64,000 bases of DNA from Eledone cirrhosa (lineage: Eukaryota): assembly GCA_964016885.1 (NCBI GenBank), contig OZ024741.1, positions 184,884,001-184,948,000 of the forward strand, in the 5' to 3' direction. Position numbers and translations under genes: made by a program. Under the pieces are notes generated by a model. That model saw only the letters and a list, made by a program, of their open reading frames with translations. It was not told the DNA's origin and made no database searches. Shown here in pieces: positions 42,901 through 56,117 of the stretch (position 1 is the stretch's first letter; each line of letters starts with the position of its first letter).

Positions 42901-43319
42901 TGTATATTTTTATTTTGGGGTTCAACTGTAATTGTTGCTCGTTTAATGGTATCTTTCATTTTCTTTTCTTTTTTGAACAAAAGGCTTTCAGTTGGCACAT
43001 GTTACTTCATATCTAGCAACTGTCTTGCGCTCCTGTATGGAACACATTGTCTGGGCTGTCGTGTGGTTTTTGGTATTTATGGCAATATTAGCGTGTTGTA
43101 AGTGAAATATATTCAGCGATTTAGGCGAAATAATGCATTGACATCTTGTTCTGTCAGAACATTCTGACAGATCTGTCACTTATATAAATATCTTTATATG
43201 AACCTTTAACACAAGATGTAATGATTCAATCTACCGGGGGTATATAATGTAGTACAATTACATAACAGTTATATATGCGGTACAGCGCATATATAACTTG
43301 TGGATAACGAAATAACAAT

Positions 43320-43620
43320 AAAAAACGCTTGAAAACAACTTCAGAAATTTAAATCAAAATTTAATCCCAAAGAGAAGAAACCGGATCATTATTCTCTAAA
43401 AGTTCCTTAAACGCCGAAGAAGGGAATTTTAGGTCCCGAAATATCAGGACAGAATAAAGATCAGCAATAAGAGAAAAGAAAACAAAGATAAGCAGGTAAC
43501 TTAATTTTTCGTTACCTCATCTTACAGTCCATTTTGCATTGTTTAGCCTTCTATCTCTTACCACATTATACGCAATATACAATGCTTCAAGTAGACTACA
43601 ATATTTTACCGTTTTATATA
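43320..43620 (+). mobile_element. Solo PLE 3' terminus with decayed hammerhead (43414-43450)
   Basis: cCGAAGA-a-GGGA-attttagg-TCCC-GAAA-tatc; terminal ACAATGCTTCAAG motif shared with PLE ends at ~23594 and ~51961. Confidence 0.55.
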
Positions 43621-44234
43621 TTTAGACAGGATTGTTGATGGCATCTGAGAAACCGTTATCAAGGCCAGTATTGAAAAGCACGAGAATCTACTTTAATATT
43701 GAGCGTCGATCTCTCTTCACTTTCGGTCCAATAACACCTGCTTTTTCTCTAGATCTAACGGAACTATATATTTACCTATTACAGAAAATGTTACAGGAAT
43801 TAGAAGAAAACATTATAGTTTTATATTAGGTATATGCGCATGTATGTATGCATTTGTGTATGTATGTATGTATTTATGCATGTATGTAAGTATGCATATA
43901 TGTATGTATAAATTTTACCAGTGCAACAATTCTCTCTCTCACTCCCTCTTATACACGCTCAGTCACTCTCCTCTTTCTTGATTAAAGTATATTTATATTT
44001 CTCTCTTTCCGACATTACACAATTTGTCTGCGCCGTATCCTGTCCTGTTTCCAATCAAAGACAATCGTTTCTTGTCTCCGGTGTCTATGTTGTTCTGTTA
44101 TCTGATATGCATCCTTACCATAGCTTATTCTAAGCCGTCATGGATCCTGATCTCAATATTTTGCACGAAATTGCCCGGCCAAGTGGTACCGGAGGAGGAA
44201 AATATGTTGTTCTTTTCGAATGCAACTTTTCTGA

Positions 44235-44370
<136 letters not shown>

Positions 44371-44465
44371 TGTTGAGTATATGTTGGTTGTATACCAACA
44401 CCTAAGTATGCAGGCTGGAGCACCACTCGACGAAGTGCGCAGGTTGGTTTGGTTACTCAGGAGTA

Positions 44466-44914
<449 letters not shown>

Positions 44915-45427
44915 CTAGAACACTGGAAGGTAATATCCGTAGTGATAGAGCACTCAGTCCATGGGGCGAGTTTAGTATATATATATATATACATGCATAC
45001 ATATATATATATATATATATATATGCATATATATACACATATATATATATATGTGTGTGTGTGTTTTTGTGTGTGGTAATGTTGCAAGTACTCGCCGGGC
45101 AACTGAGAAATACGGAATTTTATACCTCTTCGAGCTTCCGTTATCCGATTGATTATATCATAGTGGCCGATAGTGATTAGACATATTTACGCTGTGACAA
45201 CATTTAAAACTTTCGCATTTTGCAATGTTTCTTATACCAACTAGATTTTTACACTTCTAGCTCCAGCAATCGGTTGCTAGATTCTTCAGAAAAAGTAGTT
45301 ATTGCATTCACTAGTCATCCGAGAGATACGGGGGTTCGTTTCCTTGCAGGCATCACTGTCAACATTTTTCGACTACTTCATTTTATTTTCTCAGAAATTA
45401 TTTTTAGTGATCGACTATTATTACAGT

Positions 45428-45590
45428 CAAACACTATGCTTTGCAACATAGAGTTATGACCCTTTGCGTTCTGTGTTCAAATCCCGCCGAGTTTAACTTT
45501 GCCTTTCATCCTTACGGAGTCGATAAAATAAAGCACCAGTCATGCACTGGTGTGATTGCGGGTCTTGTGCCCAAAGTAGAAACAATTATA
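45428..45590 (+). mobile_element. 5'-truncated SINE copy
   Basis: Box B plus core; 'attat.acagtca' repeated on both flanks. Confidence 0.8.
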
Positions 45591-46821
45591 ACAGTCATTC
45601 GCATTGGGCTGCTATATTCCAAAAAATTCAAAATTTTAAAATGCCTTTTAAATCAGTACTAACCAATTTATATAATGCATTCTCCACTGACTATAATACT
45701 TCTGGCATTACATCCCTGCACAAGTTTGTCTGACTCTGATAAACGTGCAGTTTGAACATCATGTTGCTCGGTCTCACTGAATTTTAAAAGTATGAGAAAG
45801 GAATACTTACTCCAGACCAATGCATATTTGAAAAGCGTCTGAAAATATCCAAACCTAAAATTAAATGCATAACTACACAAAAATATTAAGTAAGTGCATA
45901 CAGCACTTTTGGCTAACCGCGATAGTTTATCTCATAACTGCAATCTAATTAGGAATGACTACAACACAGGCGATGCATGATAAGCAAAGTAGAAATGTTG
46001 CTTCTGAATGAAGTTATTGCATATTCAGCGAATTCAAGTTTGTTATTTTTCTTTTTACACAACTACTCTTTACACCAATCAACTTCTTAATTGCATTAAG
46101 ATATTTCATAATTTATATGGTTGCATGGAATGTTGAATCAGTAATACAAACAGTATCCGATTTACATACTATATTTACTAAATTGACAACGTATTCCCAT
46201 ATGTATGCCTTAAATGTTTATGAAAGTTTACGATGTAAATTATATAGTTTTGAACATAACTACACTTACCAGTCAATAAAATATCAATCTCCTTACGCAA
46301 AGACTAGGTAGCTTCTATGTATGCCCTCAGACTCTCAAAAGTTACAACTGTATCTCCCATAAATTACACCATAACACCAGGTGCTAATGAAGAAACCACG
46401 ATATAATATTTTTTTTTTTAACTATTCAATCACAAGAGGAAGTATAGCATAACATATTGATGTACATGACGAACATTCAAGACTGATGTAAGCTGTTGTT
46501 CTTGCCTGCCAACTTGTTTCGTTACTTGTTGCCTGAAAAAACTATTTCTCTTGTGCTCTGATTACAAGAAGCCTAAGAGCCTCCTAAAACATTTTGTGCT
46601 CAAACATTCAGATTCTTCTTTCCTTGTCATCTTTAAGTTTATAGTTTTCAGAAAGACCGACATAATCAAGGACTTGTAAAGTTTTGGTACCGTGGGAAAA
46701 CTGATGTAACAGTTTTTCTTTACGATGTTCAGCTTTGTCATATAAGTTGAGGTCCGGCATATTCTGTTTTTGTCTGCCTTATTGAGTTTCTGCTTTAGTC
46801 AAAGTGAACCAGAGGTATATA

Positions 46822-47030
46822 ATGCTTTCTTAATAGGCACAAGGCCAGCAACTTTGGGGGAAGGAGAAAGTCAATTAAATTGACCCCAGTGCGTGACTGG
46901 TACTTTATTTTATCGACTCCGTAAGGATGAAAGGCAAAGATAACCTCAGCGGGATTTGAACTCAGATAGTAAAGGGCCGTATGCTGCAAAGCATGGCGTC
47001 TGACTCTCTACCGATACTGCCAATCCACCA
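46822..47030 (-). mobile_element. SINE, subtype C (longer 3' part)
   Basis: Boxes A and B, core, and extra 'ggggtcaatttaattgactttctccttcccccaaa' segment; ACCAGAGGT on both flanks. Confidence 0.85.
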
Positions 47031-47049
47031 ATCCCATTATATACCAGAG

Positions 47050-47600
47050 GTTTATATTGTTCTCCAAATTTTCAGGTTTTTCTCTGTATAGCATGATGAT
47101 GCTTGCTGCATTCTGGTTGAGACTATTGACTATAATCTTGCTCTTTTCTAACTTGACTTCCATTCCGTAAATTATTGGTGCTCTTTCCCGTTTGCTTATG
47201 AAATCCGGGAGTTCTGCTTTGGCACTTCTCATCAGCTCAATATAATCAACAAAGTACATAATACAAAGGAGCTGTTTTCCGATGGAAAGTGGGGTATGGA
47301 AGTCCCTTAGTCTCCTACCTGATATTTGACAGAAAGCTGATGGAAATCACTGGAGTTGACAGACTCCAACCGCTGTTCATAAGAATTCTCTAGTAATTTA
47401 TCGTCTCCTGCCATAAATCCACATGCAAGACATGGTCAAAAACATATTTGAATGTAATAGAATTGAGATAGAGGTCTCAATAGTGTTGGAGATGTTTTTC
47501 AGTCGACATTCTTATGTAACTTTTAGTTTCAATCTTATATTTTCTGCAAAGATTCCTTTTGTATCCAGCTAAAGTCTGTTTAGCAGAATGCTCAACAGTA
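47050..47600 (-). pseudogene. Heavily decayed RTE-like LINE RT fragment
   Basis: YGMEVKLEKSKIIVNS resembles the RTE 'YGMEIxxxKTKxM' motif; the rest is degenerate. Confidence 0.55.
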
Positions 47601-47707
47601 TGTTACTGGAGTGACTAATCACACTCATTCTTATAAGTTAATTATCATTCTTAGAAATGGATATTATATATGTGTGGGGGTACACTTGTGTGTGTGTGTG
47701 CGTGTGC

Positions 47708-47800
<93 letters not shown>

Positions 47801-48766
47801 CGCGTGTGTGTGTATGTGTGTGTGTGTGTGCATGTGTGTATTTGTGTTTGTGCTTGTGTGTGTTTCTATGTGAGTATGTATATACTTGTTGAATGGTTAA
47901 TGTCAGTCGTATTTTAAGAGTTATATTTAACTACTCATGGTTTTGTTATTTAACCATATTTCGGTCCTGATCGTAAAACTTAGTAATTCCAGACATGATC
48001 ATTCTGTTCTTTATTTTTGTATAATTACGACTGCAGTTATAAGATACTTACTTTTGTTATTATATGAAGGAAAAGGGGTTGCTTGCTATTTATAGTAGAT
48101 GGATCGACGGAATAGAGTATTCTACATAGACTCGTCATTTGTACTAAACGATTACCGTTAGTAATCACTAGACTAGTTGTGTTCAAGCAAACCTATAATC
48201 AAATTTATTCCAGTCGTGACCATCTTATCCAATGAATTCTATTATCCAATATGTACTTCCTGTCTATTCATCAAATATTTACTTCCTGTATATTTTTTCT
48301 AATACAGTAAGGCGTTATTTTAAGAAAATTTACTTCCTTTTACTAGTAGATAGATTGGTCTCGATCTCATCTGTAACTAAAGTTGAATATTTTTTTGATT
48401 GTTTTCAATCATCGTGAGTGTTGCATATATCCGATTCCTGTTCTTCATTTACTATATTATGTTTAGTTCTCTCCCTTTCATACACCTCGAATATCAGGAC
48501 AGCTAAATTGTATACATCATTTGTGCAGGTATATTCGTGTGTTTGCATGTTGTTATGAGTATAAATACACGCATATATATCTTTATTCAGACAAACATCT
48601 ATTTTCCTATAATCACTCATTTTCCTTACCTCCATTTATCTTCCTATCTATCTATCTAATTATACATACACATATAGCATACATATGCATGTATGTATGT
48701 ATGTATGTATGCAATTAAGTATGTATATATGTTTGTATGTATGTAAGTAAGTATGTATATATGTTT

Positions 48767-49028
48767 GTATGTATGTAAGTATGCATGTATGTATTGACAA
48801 ATATTCTACTTTGTATAAATAATATTTCCTAGCATCTAACAGTTGTAAATTGTTCCTTTGGTTTAATTATTTACTCCCCACCATATATAAATATATTTAC
48901 TCCCACCATATATATTTATATATGGTGGGGAGTAAATAATTAAACCAAAGGAACAATTTACAACTGTTAGATGGTAGGAAATATTATTTATACAAAGTAG
49001 AATATTTGTCAATACATACATGCATACT

Positions 49029-49038
<10 letters not shown>
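48767..49038. repeat. ~270-bp foldback palindrome ending in (TA)n
   Basis: Arms ~48767-48897 and ~48910-49038 with about 1 mismatch; the loop is a short duplicate of 'tttactccc(c)acc'. Confidence 0.92.
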
Positions 49039-49093
<55 letters not shown>

Positions 49094-49686
49094 TCCGTGG
49101 TTATGAAATAGAGGAAGGTTTATTGTTACATTGTAACATGAAAGAACTATGAAATTACTGATGCGCTGCCGCAACACAAACAATAAATAAACGAAATACT
49201 GAAAGAATGACAGAATTAGCGAATGAAAGAATGAAAGCCAATTTGGTGAAACGCTAACAGTGCAAGATGAAAAAACCGTGATAAAGTATTAAACACATTT
49301 GCTTGCTTTATCCTCCAAACTTCAAAGCTAATTCCATTGGTGCTTCCTGAAACGAGGCATGCAGTGTTTGGAGAAAATCTAAGAGACTACTTTGATTCGT
49401 TACAAAGTGTGACATTTATTATTATGTTAGGGCATCGTGACATTGGTAGCTGTCACTAAGGGAAGCGAGCAACAAGAGACAGTCGAGCAGAAAATAAACA
49501 ATAATAAATACATGAATAAAATAACATAGAAAAGGCATAAACAAAAAAGACCAATCGTAAGAGTCATCCATTAGAATAACACTAGAGATTTCCTTCATCT
49601 TTATTTGACATGCTAATAATACGAAACAATAGTGGGTGTGTATATACACGTATATCAGCAGCTCATACACACATAATACACACATA

Positions 49687-49737
<51 letters not shown>

Positions 49738-49896
49738 CATTATATATATATATACATATATATATATACATACATATATATACATATATATATATATAAA
49801 CATATATATACATAAACATATATACATATATACATATATATACATGCATGTATATATCTGTGTTTATGTCTCTTTTATATTCAATTATATATATAT

Positions 49897-49970
<74 letters not shown>

Positions 49971-50078
49971 CATATATATATATACATATATATAAACATA
50001 TATATACATATACATATATACATATATATATATATATACATATGTGTGTATATCTGTGTTTATCTCTCTGTTATATTC

Positions 50079-50176
<98 letters not shown>

Positions 50177-50529
50177 ATATATACATATATATTATATGTA
50201 TACATGTGTGTGTGTCTGTGTGTGTGTGTTTATGTAGAAATCTGAATTGGCTGAGGAAACAGAACACAGAAATTCACACACTGAAACTCAAACGACTCGT
50301 TATTATCCTCAGATCTTAGAGCATTCTGCCTCCGTGGTTATGGTTCAGTGAATGAGATGTAACGATAGGTGGGGCGAATTGATGCTTCGGCTATATGACC
50401 CGACAGTGCACTGCGTACTATTAGTAAACAGGCTGACATGTCAGTGTGTATCTTATCTTGTGATGTCCACAAAGGCTTGAAAGAATATGTGTTCGCTATA
50501 TAAAGGAACGAAATTATTATGTTACTAGT

Positions 50530-51137
50530 AATAAATGTTTCTACTTTTGGCACAAGGCCAGCAATCACCCCAGTGCAATACTGATACTTTATTTTATCGA
50601 CCCCCGTAAGGATGAAAGGCAAAGTTAACCTCGGCGGGATTTGACCTCAGAATGGCAAGGGCTGTAACTCTATGCGTCAAAGTATGGTGTCCGACCCTCT
50701 ACCGATACCACCAATCCACCGTTACTAGTAATAAGGGTTTGTTATATAGGCACAAGGCCAGCAATTTTGGGGGAGGGGAAAGTCGATTAAATCGACCCCA
50801 GTGTATTACTGGTACTTTACTTTATCGAGCTCGTAAGGATGAAAGGCAAAGTTAAGCTCAGCGGTATTTGAAATCAGATGATAAAGGGCCATAACTGCAA
50901 AGCATGGCTCCCGACCCTCTACCGATACTGCCAATCCACCGTCACTAGTAATAATTGTTTCTACATTTGGCACAATGCCAGCAATTAACCAGTACATTAC
51001 AGGTACTTTATTTTATCGACCCCGTAAGGATGAAAAGCAAAGTTAACCTCGACGGGATTTGAACTCAGACCGTGAAGGGACGTAACTATGCTGGAAAGCA
51101 TGGCGTCCGACCCTCCACCGATACTGCTAATTCACCA
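50530..51137 (-). mobile_element. Head-to-tail SINE trimer (subtypes A, C, B in transcription order)
   Basis: Units ~50950-51137, ~50735-50941 and ~50530-50721; GT(T/C)ACTAGTAATAA at 50521, 50721 and 50941. Confidence 0.9.
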
Positions 51138-51903
51138 ATGATTACTAAGATATACAGAAGGTCATACATTTTAATGGAGGTTATCCTAAATTAGAATTGG
51201 ACGGTGGAATGAAAGTGTCATCCTGTGTTCTCAGTTCAAATCAGGCAGAAACGAATTTTGATTTTCGAGCTTCCGTGATCAAGAAAATAATGTATCAGTT
51301 ATGAAATGGAATATATTTTCTGCCAATAATCATATTTTCACTCTCTCTTTCTCTCTCCTCCCTCTTTTTTATTTCTCTCTCTCTTTCTCTCTCTCCCCTC
51401 TAGCCCCTCTCTCTATCCCTTTCTCCTCACTATATATATATATCTTTCTCTGTATCTTTCACCTTCTTTTTACCCCCTCTGGCAGTCACTCTCTCTCCGC
51501 TGGCCTCTTCCTCACACTTTCACACACTCACTCTCTGCTTCTCCCCTCTCTCACTTCCTCCCGTTTGACCTGTGTGAATTCCTTTTCTCGCTCACATCTC
51601 ACACAGATCGGATGGTCTGTATCTCTCCTCGTCTATGATTTCACAGACCTTAAGTTCACAGATATCACGGACTTGTTTTCCCCTCTTCCTATCTTTCCGT
51701 TGCATTACCATCTGTGTTTGTTTACATGTCTCGCTCGATACACCCTATTTTACGTGTCCCAATAACTTTCTTTAGTTATTGCTCGCACCAACCAGAGGTA
51801 TATGATCTTTAAAGCGAAGGCATACCAATGAAGGCTGGAATATCACTGATGAAGGACTATTTTATTCATATGTAACCCATGTGCAACCACGCAGCACGCC
51901 ATT

Positions 51904-51944
<41 letters not shown>

Positions 51945-52542
51945 AGGAGGTTATAGTTCACTTGAAGCATTGTGTAATGAGGTATAAACGTTTGAATATG
52001 TGTAATAAAGCCAAAACAATGCAGGTATGGACATAGAAAAAAGAATGCAATTGCAAAAGATATTGTTGACAATTCGTCTTTTACCTTCGATTTATTTAAA
52101 TGTCCTTAATTTTCGAGATAATATCTCTTCTTCAGAGGGAAATAAATGTCTCAAACCAGCGTTCTAAATATCTTGCCAAGCCATGCTGACAGGAAATAGT
52201 ATAGAGTATCTGTTCTATCTCTAATGTCAAAGAGTTAAAATTAGGTGGATAAAGAGTAGTCTCCCTTTAAAAGGGGTTTGTTTAGGGTTTTTTATTTTTT
52301 TATTTTATATACATGCCTGTATAAGTGTGCGGGAGAATGCATGAGGGTGTAAGTATGTGAGTGTGTGTGTGTGAGTGTGAGAAGATAAGTCTATTCGTAA
52401 ATGTGGGGGATAGGTGTTATCTGGTGTTAGAACTGGTTTTGTGTGTGTATGTGTGAGAGAGAATAAGTGGAGGTGTAAGCGTATGTGTGTGCGCGTGCGT
52501 GTGGGGGTGGGGGTGGGGGTAAATATGGGGCTAGAAGCCCTA

Positions 52543-53620
52543 TCAGGTTATAAATTGGGTGTTGAGTTCTAGTCTATTATTGATTGGTGGTTGTGTTTTA
52601 TCTATAATTAGTGCTTCCTTAATTCTAAGATTGGCGAGGTTTCTTTCCTTAGTTTCTATCCTAACTGTTATGGTTTTGTCGGTGTTTTTGCATTTAACTA
52701 GGTGTTTCTTAAATGAGGAAGCGTTAGTATTGAGGTGTTCTTTTATTCTTATGTGGAGTGGTCTGGTGGTGCTACCTACGTAGAAGTTGTTGCATTTGTC
52801 ACACTCTAGTCTGTATACGACGTAAGCCTCGTGGCATAGGTCTGTGTCGTTGATGGGGCAGTTGGCTAGTCTGCAGCAGTTGTCATGTCTGGTGGAGTGT
52901 CTCTTGGCCAGCCGTCCGTGCAGAGAAGGACCCGAGTGGGTCAGTTGAATATCCAGTCCCTCTCGTCTGATGGCTCTGCGGATGGCTGTTGTTGTTTCTT
53001 CACTGAAGTGTGGGAGCTTCAGGAAGCAAGTGTTAGTGCCTCGGGTGTGGTGTCCTCTGTTCTTTCTGGCACGGTTTGTGGTGGATGTCGTGTATCCGTT
53101 CAGTTTGAGTACTTCCAAGAAATGTGTGGTGTGTGTGTCTCGGTCTCTAGCGTCGGTGCATTTGTTCCGGATACATGCCAATTCGTTCCTTATGTATCCG
53201 AACTTGGCACCGAGTGGGAGGGCCGATCTGAAATGTACGAACAGGTCCCTGCTGGCGGGTTTTTATAGAAGCAGGTGTGGATGTTGCCTTCCTCTGTTAC
53301 CCTGAGTTGGAAGTCCAGTAGGTATAGGGATCCGTGGTCATCGGGGTGTTCCATGCTGAACTTTATACTGGCGTCCATGCTGGAGAATGTTGTGTATATT
53401 TTATCTGCCTCCTCACGGGATGATGTAAGGATGAGTATGTCATCTACATATCGGGTGAAGAAGGCATGGGAATGGCAGGTGTTGAGGGCTCGGCATTCTA
53501 GCTGGTTCATGTAGGTGATGGCCAGCAGGTGATAGGCTGGATCCCATGGGTAATCCTGTTGTCTGTCTGTATGTGTGGTGGTGGAAGGTGAAGTACGTGT
53601 TGTCTACTGTGAAGGACAAA
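52543..53620 (-). pseudogene. PLE RT C-terminus plus GIY-YIG (inverted arm)
   Basis: YRQTTGLPMGSSLS, FTRYVDDI, YVVYRLECDKCNNFYVGSTTRPLHIRIKEH; frameshifts. Confidence 0.9.
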
Positions 53621-55257
53621 GGTAAAGAGTTTTGCGTCATCTCTCGAGCCACATACAATAACCTAGCCTTTGAACACCTAAGCGACAGTGAATTATACAC
53701 AGGGATCCCGGACATGACTGCAGCCCAGATCGAAAAACAGACCAACTCCATTTGGTTCGATATCTGTAGGAGAAGACAACTCCCAAATAAAGTTAAGCTC
53801 AACTACACCACTAGAAATAGCAGACTGCCCACTTTCTACCACCTCATCAAGACCGACAAGAATAGTACTAAGACGCAAATAAGACCCATCGTCTCTAGCA
53901 TAGAAGGACCCCTATACAAAATTTCCTGGCTCCTCTCCCAGGTCCTCAAGCCTCTACTCTCCACCTTTCCCGGGCATGTCAGTAGCTCCGACGAAGTTAT
54001 ACGTAGACTACACCAACTCCAGCCAGAACAACTTAAACTAAATAAATACGCTTTTAGCCTCGACGTTGTCTCCCTCTACACTACAGTCCCCGCTCATCCA
54101 GCTGTCGATTTATTGACGGACTGCGTGGTCGCAGAGAACATCCACTGCTACGGCCTCCACCCGACGGACATACACCAGCTTTTGTCCTTCACAGTAGACA
54201 ACACGTACTTCACCTTCCACCACCACACATACAGACAGACAACAGGATTACCCATGGGATCCAGCCTATCACCTGCTGGCCATCAACTACATGAACCAGC
54301 TAGAATGCCGAGCCCTCAACACCTGCCATTCCCATGCCTTCTTCACCCGATATGTAGATGACATACTCATCCTTACATCATCCCGTGAGGAGGCAGATAA
54401 AATATACACAACATTCGCCAGCATGGACGCCAGTATAAAGTTCAGCATGGAACACCCCGATGACCGCGGATCCCTATCCCTACTGGACTTCCAACTCAGG
54501 GTAACAGAGGAAGGCAACATCCACACCTGCTTCTATAAAAAAGCCGCCAGCAGGTACCTGTTCGTACATTTCAGATCGGCCCTCCCACTCGGTGCCAAGT
54601 TCGGATACATAAGGAACGAACTGGCATGTATCCGGGACATGCACCGACGCTAGAGACCGAGACACACACACCACACATTTCCTGGAAGTACTCAAACTGA
54701 ACGGATACACGACATCCACCACAAACCGTGCCAGAAAGAACAGAGGACACCACACCCGAGGCACTAACACTTGCTTCCTGAAGCTCCCACACTTCAGTGA
54801 AGAAACAACAACAGCCATCCGCAGAGCCATCAGACGAGAGGGACTGGATATCCAACTGGCCCACTCGGGTCCTTCTCTGCACGGACGGCTGGCCAAGAGA
54901 CACTCCACCAGACATGACAACTGCTGCAGACTAGCCAACTGCCCCATCAACGACACAGACCTATGCCACCAGGCTTACGTCGTATACAGACTAGAATGTG
55001 ACAAATGCAACAACTTCTACGTAGGTAGCACCACCAGACCACTCTACATAAGAATAAAGGAACACCCCAATACTAACGCTTCCTCATTTAAGAAACACCT
55101 AGTTAAATGCAAAAACACCGACAAAACCATAACAGTTAGGATAGAAACTAAGGAAAGAAACCTCGCCAATCTTAGAATTAAGGAAGCACTAATTATAGAT
55201 AAAACACAACCACCAATCAATAATAGACTAGAACTCAACACCCAATTTATAACCTGA
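53614..55257 (+). pseudogene. PLE RT plus GIY-YIG pseudogene starting at the DKG motif
   Basis: DKGKEFCVI, PTFYHLIKTDK, IRPIVS, FSLDVVSLYTTVP, YRQTTGLPMGS, YVDDI, GIY-YIG motif; frameshifts. Confidence 0.92.
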
Positions 55258-55655
55258 TAGGGCTTCTAGCCCCATATTTACACACCCCACACACGCACAC
55301 GCACACACACACGCTTACACCTCCACTTATTCTCTCTCACACATACACACACAAAACCAGTTCTAACACCAGATAACACCTATCCCCCACATTTACGAAT
55401 AGACTTATCTTCTCACACTCACACACACACACTCACATACTTACACCCTCATGCATTCTCCCACACACTTATACAGGCCTGTATATAAAATAAAAAATAA
55501 AAAAAAAACCTAAACAAACCCCTTTTAAAGGGAGACTACTCTTTATCCACCTAATTTTAACTCTTTGACATTAGAGATAGAACAGATACTCTATACTATT
55601 TCCTGTCAGCATGGCTTGGCAAGATATTTAGAACGCTGGTTTGAGACATTTATTT

Positions 55656-55693
55656 CCCTCTGAAGAAGATATATTATCTCGAAAATTAAGGAC
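55656..55693 (+). ncRNA. Minimal hammerhead motif in PLE 3' UTR; mirror copy at ~52103-52139 (-)
   Basis: cct-CTGAAGA-a-GA(G/T)AT-att-ATCTC-GAAA-atta-agg. Confidence 0.65.
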
Positions 55694-55805
55694 ATTTAAA
55701 TAAATCGAAGGTAAAAGACGAATTGTCAACAATATCTTTTACAATTGCATTCTTTTTTCTATGTCCATACCTGCATTGTTTTGGCTTTATTACACATATT
55801 CAAAC

Positions 55806-55847
<42 letters not shown>

Positions 55848-55959
55848 GTAGGAGGTGAGTTTTATTGTAGTACAATAAAGCAATGCAGATATCGGATAAG
55901 TAGTTGATTTAAAACTGCACTATTCACAAGTGTGTTTTAACCTTTATATCATGTCTCCC

Positions 55960-56030
55960 TATTTTATCTGACGAAAACGCAAATGTTATTGCATGATGAT
56001 ATTTGTTTTTGAAATGCGCATAATAAAATA
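55960..56030 (+). ncRNA. Type I hammerhead motif in a short (TA)n-bounded module (~55845-56065)
   Basis: TATTTTAT-CTGACGA-long imperfect stem II-GAAA-TGCGCATA-ATAAAATA; perfect 8-bp stem I and palindromic TGCGCA in stem III. Confidence 0.7.
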
Positions 56031-56117
56031 CATGGAACTCTTTTAACCATCTTTTGATCTTATATATTATTATATATACATATATAGTGAGTGAGAGAGA
56101 AGATATATATATATATA

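Larger units (their letters stand above)
51943..55812. mobile_element. Palindromic Penelope-like insertion: 1.63-kb inverted arms (51983-53620 / 54181-55812) around a 560-bp unique RT segment
   Basis: Arms are reverse complements with scattered differences; each carries RT C-terminus, GIY-YIG, 3' UTR and hammerhead; (TA)n on both sides. Confidence 0.95.

Noticed and set aside
50521-51152. CRISPR-like repeat-spacer appearance of the SINE arrays
   Set aside because: Eukaryotic DNA with no cas genes; the short repeats are TSDs and the long units are homologous SINEs.
51846-51905. CTGATGAAGG hammerhead start
   Set aside because: No stem II or GAAA follows, so it was not counted as a ribozyme.
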